Of a DNA stretch of 5,885 bases, positions 1 to 5,885 are shown piece after piece (within the stretch, counting starts at the first letter, position 1; every line of letters begins with the position of its first letter). The DNA is from a virus (lineage: Duplodnaviria; Heunggongvirae; Uroviricota; Caudoviricetes). The notes beneath the pieces are model-generated. The model had not been told where the DNA came from and did no database searches. It worked only from the letters and a program-made list of their open reading frames with translations. Location of the stretch: IMG/VR virus record IMGVR_UViG_2675903481_000015; one strand, 5' to 3'. A program made the translations under genes and the position numbers.

Positions 1-95
1 GCTTTACTGTTGATGGCGTCGCCTGGAAGGTGCGCATAGATGCAGGTGTCGCGGCCCTCGACTATCGCGGATTACTGAAATCGAGTGGAGCATGA
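1..95 (+). CDS. 3' end of an unidentified ORF entering from the left edge (C-terminus ...FTVDGVAWKVRIDAGVAALDYRGLLKSSGA, stop TGA 93-95)
   Basis: Frame 3 is open from the window edge to TGA at 93-95 and is followed directly by a hairpin plus T-run. Too short for any family assignment. Confidence 0.3.
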   Translation, partial: FTVDGVAWKVRIDAGVAALDYRGLLKSSGA

Positions 96-102
96 CAACA
101 AG

Positions 103-125
103 GGCGGCGATAGCCGCCTTTTTTT
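103..125 (+). terminator. Rho-independent terminator-like hairpin (GGCGGC-GATA-GCCGCC followed by 7 T)
   Basis: Perfect 6-bp GC stem 103-108/113-118 with 4-nt loop, then TTTTTTT 119-125, immediately after the stop at 93-95. Confidence 0.45.
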
Positions 126-352
126 ACGGGTCCTCCCGGTGGGGTGGTCTGCCACGGGGCGGGAGCGGCGCGGAAAAAGGCTGGTTTTTGCATTTTCATT
201 CGTCATCATCATCTTTCTATCATATTGAATTTTAAGTGCTTTTATTTTTGGTATGTTAATTTTGCTTATTTTGCGTTCAACATACAGCGCGTTTTTTGAC
301 CTTTTTTAAAAGATATTTGCAAGATGCATGTTTAAAACATTCTGGAGCGGGT
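126..352 (+). other. Lambda-like cos region (cosQ/cosN-like GC-rich segment 126-175, then AT-rich cosB-like segment up to the terS start)
   Basis: 126-173 ACGGGTCCTCCCGGTGGGGTGGTCTGCCACGGGGCGGGAGCGGCGCGG resembles the lambda right-end/left-end junction as I recall it (ACGGGTCCTTTCCGGTG...GTTACG|GGGCGGCGACCTCGCGG). The AT-rich stretch that follows contains TTCGTCAT, also recalled from lambda cosB. Position about 180 bp upstream of a Nu1-like gene matches lambdoid layout. Recalled, not aligned. Confidence 0.5.
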
Positions 353-838
353 ATGGATCGGGAACTGAAAAATCTGATGCTGAACATTAACCAGCTGGCG
401 GCGATAGCGGGAATATGTCGCCAGACTGCGGCGGCAAGGCTGAAAAATATCCAGCCAGCCGGAGGACATGACAAGCTGAAACTCTATCGGGTGACTGACA
501 TTCTGACCTGTTTTCTTGATCTTCCCGTTCCGGCATCACTGGAAGAAATGGAGCCACACGACCGTAAGGCCTGGTATCAGTCCGAACGTGAGCGCCTCAA
601 GTTCGAACAGGAAACGGCGCAACTCATACCCGCCGATGATGTGCGAAAAGAGATGGCTATATGGGGAGAAATCGTAAGCGAGGAACTGGAAAAACTCCCC
701 AGTATTCTGGCACGTGATGCTGGGCTTAAACCGATGGCAGTAAACAGAGTGCAGTCAATTATTGACGATTTGTGTAATCTGATTATCAGCCGGATGGTAA
801 AAAATGACGTAGTGAATGAGGTCGCAAAACAGGCATGA
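353..838 (+). CDS. Terminase small subunit, Nu1 family (or a satellite-encoded TerS-like packaging protein)
   Basis: Track ORF 296-838; preferred start ATG 353 (MDRELKN...) with GGAG at 344-347. N-terminus LNINQLAAIAGICRQTAAARLKN...P.GG..K..LY matches the lambda gpNu1 winged-HTH pattern (VNKKQLADIFGASIRTIQNWQ...), and GEIVSEELEKLP resembles gpNu1 AGEIASILDGLP. Sits downstream of the cos-like site. Confidence 0.72.
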   Translation: MDRELKNLMLNINQLAAIAGICRQTAAARLKNIQPAGGHDKLKLYRVTDILTCFLDLPVPASLEEMEPHDRKAWYQSERERLKFEQETAQLIPADDVRKEMAIWGEIVSEELEKLPSILARDAGLKPMAVNRVQSIIDDLCNLIISRMVKNDVVNEVAKQA

Positions 839-1122
839 TAATGACCGAATCTGAAATACTGCGATTAATCCGCTGTGCTGGTGGAATTAGCCAGTTGGCT
901 GACGAACAGGCCGCGCAGCCGGATACAGTCACCGCTGAAAATTACGCGCGTGTGGTGGCTGAGGTGATGCGCCGTGACGGTATTGAGCTTAACGGCGTGG
1001 ATATGCGCAACATACGAACCAGAGTCCTTGAGTTGCTGGCATACCGTCGCCGTTCTCAACAACGGAGGGAGAGCGCGAAAAATACTTACCAGTGGAAGAA
1101 GCCGGAACGACTGCGGCGGTAA
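835..1122 (+). CDS. Hypothetical 95-aa protein coupled to terS, occupying the position of the large terminase gene; possibly a terL N-terminal remnant
   Basis: ATG 835 overlaps the terS stop (ATGA, 835-838); alternative ATG 841. Basic C-terminus (RRRSQQRRESAKNTYQWKKPERLRR). N-terminal SEILRLIRCAGG weakly resembles recalled lambda gpA N-terminus (SQVNRLRHFVRAGL). No ATPase or nuclease motifs. Confidence 0.4.
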   Translation: MIMTESEILRLIRCAGGISQLADEQAAQPDTVTAENYARVVAEVMRRDGIELNGVDMRNIRTRVLELLAYRRRSQQRRESAKNTYQWKKPERLRR

Positions 1123-1363
1123 CTTGCTGATATTCCCGATAACGCAAAATTGCGTTGGCTGGTGGGTGAGTTGCAGATTTGCAACTCGACCATGAAACTA
1201 CGGAAACTACCCGTAGTTTGGGTAGTAAGAGTAACACCCAGATTTTGGGGCTTACTCGCGATACCCAAATAAAGGGTATCGGTGGAAGAAATATCGTTTC
1301 TCATATGTAAGTACCGAGGGCGGAATTCCGCCTTCGGTTACTTATTGTGCTCATGCACAGGGA

Positions 1364-1423
1364 GGGGCGGGTCAAATCTCTGTACCCTGACGTCTTCAGG
1401 ACTGCCCGCCCCATCGATTTTTT
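1364..1423 (+). terminator. Long-loop hairpin with T-tract (GGGGCGGG ... CCCGCCCC, then TTTTTT)
   Basis: Perfect 8-bp GC inverted repeat 1364-1371/1405-1412 around 33 nt that holds an inner CCTGA/TCAGG pair (1386-1390/1396-1400); TTTTTT at 1418-1423. Plausible terminator for the terS transcript, though the loop is atypical. Confidence 0.3.
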
Positions 1424-1585
1424 ATACCCGCGAAAAATGAAAAACGCTTCACGCTGGTGGGCCTGATGCCGATATGGGGATCCACATAACGGATTATCCG
1501 TGATCATCCACCAGCTTCATAGCGGATAGCCGAAAAATGATAACGGTTAAGCAAAACTGCCAGCAAATTTCCCTTTTGTTTGTTA

Positions 1586-1640
1586 TTGTTCGTCGTTGTT
1601 CGTAGGGCTTCAACGAAATGTGTGGTCAGTTGTGTGGTCA
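1586..1640. repeat. Short tandem direct repeats: TTGTTCGT x2 (1586-1593, 1596-1603) and TGTGTGGTCA x2 (1619-1628, 1631-1640)
   Basis: Exact repeats read directly from the sequence, in an AT-rich non-coding stretch about 70-120 bp upstream of the junction with the thiM leader. Confidence 0.5.
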
Positions 1641-1708
1641 TTTTTGAGGTTTTTAATTCTTATATGCTTAAAAACTTATTAATTATCAACTGATAACAAA
1701 AATTAGTA

Positions 1709-1803
1709 AGAAATACCCGTATCACCTGATCTGGATAATGCCAGCGTAGGGAAGTCACGGACCACCAGGTCATTGCTTCTTCACGTTATGGCAGGAGCAA
1801 ACT
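1709..1803 (+). promoter_or_regulatory. thiM leader: 3' part of the TPP riboswitch (THI-box) plus expression platform and SD; 5' aptamer half absent
   Basis: AAATACCCGTATCACCTGATCTGGATAATGCCAGCGTAGGGAAGTCACGGACCACCAGG...GGCAGGAGCAAACT matches the E. coli thiM leader as I recall it. The preceding GGGGTGCCC...GAAGGCTGAG is missing (GTAAGA here in place of CUGAGA). GGAG SD at 1794-1797. Confidence 0.6.
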
Positions 1804-2592
1804 ATGCAAGTCGACCTGCTGAGTTCAGCGCAATCTGCGCACGCGTTACACCTTTTTCACCAACATTCCCCTCTTGTGCACTGCATGACCAACGATGTGG
1901 TGCAAACTTTTACTGCCAATACCTTGCTGGCGCTCGGCGCATCGCCAGCGATGGTTATCGAAACCGAAGAGGCCAGTCAGTTTGCGGCTATCGCCAGTGC
2001 CTTGTTGATTAACGTTGGCACGCTGACGCAGCCACGAGCGCAAGCGATGAGTGCTGCCGTTGAGCAAGCAACACGATCACAAACGCCCTGGACGCTTGAT
2101 CCGGTTGCGGTTGGTGCGCTCGATTATCGCCGCCGTTTTTGTGTGGAACTTCTGTCCCATAAGCCAACCGCCATACGTGGTAATGCTTCGGAAATCATGG
2201 CATTAGCTGGCGTTGCTAATGGTGGACGGGGAGTGGATACCACTGATGCCGCAGCTAACGCGATACCCGCTGCACAAACACTGGCACGGGAAACTGGCGC
2301 AATCGTCGTGGTCACTGGCGAGGTGGATTATGTTACCGATGGACATCGTATCATTGGCATTCACGGTGGCGATCCGTTAATGACCAAAGTGGTAGGAACT
2401 GGCTGTGCACTATCGGCGGTTGTCGCTGCCTGTTGTGCGCTACCAGGCGATACGCTGGAAAATATCGCATCTGCCTGTCACTGGATGAAACAAGCCGGAG
2501 AACGCGCAGTTGCCAGAAGCGAGGGGCCAGGCAGTTTTGTTCCACATTTCCTTGATGCGCTCTGGCAATTGACGCAGGAGGTGCAGGCATGA
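1804..2592 (+). CDS. thiM: Hydroxyethylthiazole kinase
   Basis: 262-aa ORF with SD GGAG upstream; near-identical by recall to E. coli ThiM ([32 protein letters not shown]...[18 protein letters not shown]). Confidence 0.95.
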   Translation: MQVDLLSSAQSAHALHLFHQHSPLVHCMTNDVVQTFTANTLLALGASPAMVIETEEASQFAAIASALLINVGTLTQPRAQAMSAAVEQATRSQTPWTLDPVAVGALDYRRRFCVELLSHKPTAIRGNASEIMALAGVANGGRGVDTTDAAANAIPAAQTLARETGAIVVVTGEVDYVTDGHRIIGIHGGDPLMTKVVGTGCALSAVVAACCALPGDTLENIASACHWMKQAGERAVARSEGPGSFVPHFLDALWQLTQEVQA

Positions 2593-3389
2593 AACGAATT
2601 AACGCTCTGACGATTGCCGGTACTGATCCGAGTGGTGGTGCGGGGATTCAGGCCGATCTTAAAACCTTCTCGGCACTTGGCGCTTATGGTTGCTCAGTTA
2701 TTACTGCACTGGTGGCGCAAAATACCCGTGGTGTACAGTCGGTGTATCGCATTGAGCCTGATTTTGTCGCCGCCCAGCTCGATTCGGTGTTCAGTGATGT
2801 GCGAATCGACACCACTAAAATCGGTATGTTGGCGGAAACCGATATTGTTGAAGCGGTGGCAGAACGGTTGCAACGTTATCAGATCCAAAACGTGGTACTC
2901 GACACCGTTATGCTGGCAAAAAGCGGCGACCCGCTGCTTTCACCATCGGCGGTTGCTACGCTGCGCAGTCGATTATTGCCACATGTTTCATTAATAACGC
3001 CAAACTTGCCCGAAGCAGCCGCCTTGCTCGACGCGCCACACGCGCGCACCGAACAGGAAATGCTGGAACAAGGGCGATCGCTGTTGGCGATGGGCTGTGG
3101 CGCAGTGCTAATGAAAGGTGGTCATCTGGATGATGAGCAAAGCCCGGACTGGCTGTTTACTCGTGAGGGGGAACAACGATTTACTGCACCGCGCATTATG
3201 ACCAAAAACACCCACGGCACTGGTTGTACGCTCTCTGCGGCGTTGGCTGCACTACGCCCGCGCCATACAAACTGGGCTGACACCGTACAGGAGGCAAAAA
3301 GCTGGCTTTCATCGGCATTAGCCCAGGCCGACACGCTGGAAGTTGGTCACGGTATTGGTCCGGTTCACCACTTCCACGCCTGGTGGTGA
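2589..3389 (+). CDS. thiD: Hydroxymethylpyrimidine / phosphomethylpyrimidine kinase
   Basis: 266-aa ORF; ATG 2589 overlaps the thiM stop (ATGA), indicating translational coupling. N-terminus [27 protein letters not shown] and GTGC motif are typical of ThiD. Confidence 0.95.
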   Translation: MKRINALTIAGTDPSGGAGIQADLKTFSALGAYGCSVITALVAQNTRGVQSVYRIEPDFVAAQLDSVFSDVRIDTTKIGMLAETDIVEAVAERLQRYQIQNVVLDTVMLAKSGDPLLSPSAVATLRSRLLPHVSLITPNLPEAAALLDAPHARTEQEMLEQGRSLLAMGCGAVLMKGGHLDDEQSPDWLFTREGEQRFTAPRIMTKNTHGTGCTLSAALAALRPRHTNWADTVQEAKSWLSSALAQADTLEVGHGIGPVHHFHAWW

Positions 3390-3453
3390 GCACCGTACTA
3401 TAGCTGCTTTGGTTATTGTCAGCCTTTGGTGCTGACATTCAGGGATGAAACCA

Positions 3454-4272
3454 ATGCAGTTGAGAATCACCAGTCGAAAAAAATTCACCGTTTTATTATG
3501 CGCTCTTGGGCTAATTTCCATCGTTGCAATTTATCCGCGTCAGACGGTGAATTTTTTCTATTCGACAGCAATTCAGATTAAAGACTACATCCACTTCTAC
3601 GGTTATCGCCCGGTTAAATCTTTCGCTATTCGCATTCCTGCCAGTTACACTATTCACGGAATAGATGTTTCACGCTGGCAGGAGCGGATCGACTGGCAGC
3701 GTGTGGCAAAAATGCGCGACAACGGTATCCGCTTACAGTTTGCTTTTATTAAGGCGACGGAAGGCGAAAAGCTGGTGGACCCCTATTTTTCGCGTAACTG
3801 GCAACTAAGCCGCGAAAATGGCCTGCTGCGCGGGGCGTATCATTATTTTTCCCCGTCGGTATCTGCTTCAGTTCAGGCGAGATTATTTCTGCAAACGGTG
3901 GATTTCTCACAAGGCGATTTCCCTGCCGTGCTGGACGTAGAAGAACGGGGAAAATTATCGGCAAAAGAATTACGCAAGCGGGTAAGTCAGTGGCTAAAAA
4001 TGGTCGAAAAACGTACGGGTAAAAAGCCAATTATTTACTCAGGAGCCGTTTTTTATCACACCAATCTGGCGGGCTATTTCAATGAATATCCGTGGTGGGT
4101 GGCTCACTATTATCAACGTCGCCCGGACAATGACGGCATGGCCTGGCGCTTCTGGCAGCATTCCGACCGTGGACAGGTCGATGGCATTAATGGTCCGGTG
4201 GATTTTAATGTGTTTAATGGCACGGTGGAGGAGTTGCAGGCATTCGTTGATGGGATTAAAGAAACGCCTTAA
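3454..4272 (+). CDS. yegX: Glycoside hydrolase family 25 (Chalaropsis-type lysozyme-like) protein with N-terminal signal-anchor
   Basis: Track ORF 3445-4272. ATG 3454 is preferred because AGGGA 3440-3444 abuts ATG 3445; this gives 272 aa, the length I recall for E. coli YegX. Hydrophobic N-terminus FTVLLCALGLISIVAIY; GH25-like GIDVSRWQ, FAFIKATEG and LDVEE. Confidence 0.85.
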   Translation: MQLRITSRKKFTVLLCALGLISIVAIYPRQTVNFFYSTAIQIKDYIHFYGYRPVKSFAIRIPASYTIHGIDVSRWQERIDWQRVAKMRDNGIRLQFAFIKATEGEKLVDPYFSRNWQLSRENGLLRGAYHYFSPSVSASVQARLFLQTVDFSQGDFPAVLDVEERGKLSAKELRKRVSQWLKMVEKRTGKKPIIYSGAVFYHTNLAGYFNEYPWWVAHYYQRRPDNDGMAWRFWQHSDRGQVDGINGPVDFNVFNGTVEELQAFVDGIKETP

Positions 4273-4323
4273 ATAAGAAGCAGTGATATACTCCCACCAG
4301 ATTCCCCGGCAGGAAAAAGACAA

Positions 4324-5070
4324 ATGGAACAAGCGCATACCCAGCTGATTGCCCAACTGAACGAGCGTATTTTAGCGGCGGATAACACGCCGCTTTATAT
4401 TAAGTTTGCCGAAACGGTAAAAAATGCCGTGCGCAGCGGGGTGCTGGAGCATGGCAATATTTTGCCCGGTGAGCGTGATTTAAGTCAGTTAACCGGCGTT
4501 TCGCGCATTACGGTGCGCAAGGCGATGCAGTCGCTGGAAGAAGAGGGCGTGGTGACGCGTTCGCGTGGTTACGGCACGCAGATCAACAACATCTTCGAAT
4601 ACTCGCTGAAAGAAGCGCGGGGGTTTTCTCAGCAGGTGGTATTGCGCGGGAAAAAGCCCGATACGTTATGGGTTAACAAGCGTGTCGTGAAATGTCCCGA
4701 AGAAGTCGCGCAGCAGCTGGCGGTCGAAGCGGGAAGTGATGTCTTTTTGCTTAAGCGTATTCGCTATGTCGATGAAGAGGCGGTATCGATTGAGGAATCG
4801 TGGGTTCCGGCACATTTAATTCATGATGTTGATGCCATCGGGATTTCTCTTTATGACTACTTCCGCAGCCAGCACATTTACCCACAACGTACGCGTTCCC
4901 GCGTTAGCGCCCGGATGCCGGATGCCGAGTTTCAGTCACATATTCAGTTAGATAGCAAAATACCGGTGCTGGTGATCAAGCAAGTGGCGCTTGACCAACA
5001 GCAACGGCCTATTGAGTACAGCATCAGCCACTGTCGCAGCGATCTATACGTTTTTGTGTGCGAGGAGTAG
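4324..5070 (+). CDS. yegW: GntR-family (HutC subfamily) transcriptional regulator
   Basis: 248-aa ORF; N-terminal winged-HTH signature (ERDLSQLTGVSRITVRKAMQSLEEEG) and a C-terminal effector-binding-like domain. Follows yegX as in E. coli. Confidence 0.85.
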   Translation: MEQAHTQLIAQLNERILAADNTPLYIKFAETVKNAVRSGVLEHGNILPGERDLSQLTGVSRITVRKAMQSLEEEGVVTRSRGYGTQINNIFEYSLKEARGFSQQVVLRGKKPDTLWVNKRVVKCPEEVAQQLAVEAGSDVFLLKRIRYVDEEAVSIEESWVPAHLIHDVDAIGISLYDYFRSQHIYPQRTRSRVSARMPDAEFQSHIQLDSKIPVLVIKQVALDQQQRPIEYSISHCRSDLYVFVCEE

Positions 5071-5885
5071 TTCCTCGCGCGTTGGTGCACAATCACCGCC
5101 CCGATGCCCGACAACCCACGACGCCACTGCATTGCCCAGTAATACGGCATCCGCCAGTGGCAGACCAGAGGCCAGCCCGGCAAGTACGCCACCGGCATGA
5201 CTGTCGCCCGCCCCAATGGTGTCTACAACTTGCGTTGGAAATGCCGGAATGCAGCCAGAAGCGTCGTTGCTGAAATACCATGCGCCTTCTTTATCGAGGC
5301 GAACGATCAACGGCGCGGCAAATTTCTCCTGCCATTGCTTGCCAAGTGTTGTTATCTCTGCGGATAAAGCAAAACGTTCGGCGGCAATCTCAGCCTCTTG
5401 ACGATTGAGTGACACTAAAGGTCGACAGGCCATGATCCGCGCCAGTAATGCATCCGGGATATCGCCAATACGTGGGCCAAAATCGATAAACGGCGTCACG
5501 TCTTGTAGCTTTTCCAGCCATTCCACTAACAATTCGCCGCAGGGCGAGGCCAGTTGATAACCGGAAAAATAGAGCAGGCTGCCAGGCGCAACGGTTAATC
5601 GCGCCAGCCACTGGCGATTCCATTGATTTTCCACACCGCTGAATGACATAAAAGTGCGTTCGCCATCCGGCTCAACCAGCGCCAGACACCAGCCGTTATC
5701 ACCTTCGGCGTTATCGATCAGGCTGATTAAGTCCTCTTTTGCCATGCGGTTGCGAATAATCTCCGCCCACACCCCCTGACCGAGCGGCAAGGCATTACCC
5801 GCTTCGATGCCGAGGCGCTTTAATGCCACGGCAATATTCAGGGCGCAGCCGCCAACGTTAACGCTCTGCTGTTTCAGTTCGATAT
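5044..5885 (-). CDS. yegV: PfkB-family carbohydrate/nucleoside kinase, N-terminus beyond the window edge
   Basis: Minus-strand frame is open from the window edge (5885) to stop TAG (complement 5044-5046). The track's GTG at 5829 is internal; upstream codons read ...IELKQQSVNVGGCALNIAVALKRLGIEAGN. C-terminal DTIGAGD motif. Overlaps the yegW 3' end by 27 bp. Confidence 0.85.
   Translation of the reverse strand, partial: IELKQQSVNVGGCALNIAVALKRLGIEAGNALPLGQGVWAEIIRNRMAKEDLISLIDNAEGDNGWCLALVEPDGERTFMSFSGVENQWNRQWLARLTVAPGSLLYFSGYQLASPCGELLVEWLEKLQDVTPFIDFGPRIGDIPDALLARIMACRPLVSLNRQEAEIAAERFALSAEITTLGKQWQEKFAAPLIVRLDKEGAWYFSNDASGCIPAFPTQVVDTIGAGDSHAGGVLAGLASGLPLADAVLLGNAVASWVVGHRGGDCAPTREELLLAHKNV

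Larger units (their letters stand above)
1..1708 (+). mobile_element. Right-end portion of a cos-type phage-related element (prophage remnant or PICI-like satellite), continuing beyond the left edge
   Basis: cos-like site, Nu1-like gene, coupled small ORF, then an ORF-free repeat-rich segment ending where the thiM leader begins (about 1708). AT-rich blocks at 176-352 and 1540-1707 contrast with the core genes. Boundaries uncertain. Confidence 0.45.

Noticed and set aside
296-352. Upstream ATG at 296 as the start of the Nu1-like gene (180-aa version)
   Set aside because: No SD before 296, whereas ATG 353 has GGAG at 344-347; the extra 19 residues (MTFFKRYLQDACLKHSGAG) lie in AT-rich cosB-like DNA and add nothing to the HTH.
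277-474. 65-aa minus-strand ORF
   Set aside because: Antisense to the start of the Nu1-like gene and partly in AT-rich non-coding DNA; no support beyond being open.
865-1237. Minus-strand and alternative-frame ORFs (865-1062, 974-1195, 989-1237)
   Set aside because: They overlap the coupled 95-aa ORF or the palindromic region with no start context and low-complexity translations; likely frame shadows.
1192-1275. 27-aa plus-strand ORF (MKLRKLPVVWVVRVTPRFWGLLAIPK)
   Set aside because: No SD, and it is embedded in the nested inverted and direct repeats; cannot be supported, though a small peptide is not excluded.
1086-1507. Minus-strand ORFs 1086-1304 and 1301-1507 in the structured region
   Set aside because: Their translations run through the palindromes, with no SD and no recognisable domain; the DNA symmetry explains the open frames.
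1123-1710. Possible tRNA or tmRNA gene as an integration target
   Set aside because: No cloverleaf-compatible segment with a GTTCGAATC-type T-loop or acceptor stem was seen; GGCGGAATTCCGCC and GGGTCAAATC are only superficially T-arm-like.
1773-2012. 79-aa ORF overlapping the thiM start
   Set aside because: Alternative frame across the thiM leader and 5' coding region; thiM in the other frame is strongly supported.
2614-2994. 126-aa plus-strand ORF inside thiD
   Set aside because: Alternative frame within the well-supported thiD reading frame.
3749-4356. ORFs inside or across yegX (3749-4030 and 4039-4356 minus, 4082-4276 plus)
   Set aside because: Antisense or alternative-frame shadows of yegX with no independent support.
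4944-5623. Several 60-90-aa ORFs in alternative frames across the yegW/yegV region
   Set aside because: All lie within the yegW or yegV coding sequences in other frames; typical shadows of GC-rich coding DNA.
1-5885. CRISPR arrays, IS elements, rRNA
   Set aside because: No regularly spaced repeats, no transposase ORF with terminal inverted repeats, and no rRNA-like sequence were seen.

Overview
Enterobacterial (Escherichia-like) chromosomal window with two parts. Right two thirds (1804-5885) is a conserved core block: thiM-thiD (thiamine salvage kinases, translationally coupled), then yegX (GH25 muramidase-like), yegW (GntR/HutC-family regulator) and, convergent on the minus strand, most of yegV (PfkB-family kinase, running off the window edge). 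Left third (1 to about 1708) looks like the right end of a cos-type phage-related element: the tail of an ORF with an intrinsic terminator, a lambda-like cos region, a Nu1-like small terminase gene, a translationally coupled 95-aa ORF, then about 590 bp with no convincing ORF but many palindromes and tandem repeats. No capsid, tail or large-terminase genes are present, so this is either a prophage remnant or a satellite (PICI-like) element. The foreign DNA abuts the thiM leader so that only the 3' part of the TPP riboswitch remains; the conserved CUGAGA and 5' helices are absent. All homology statements rest on reading the sequence and translations against remembered family features (lambda cos/Nu1/gpA, E. 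coli thiM leader); nothing was searched or computed.
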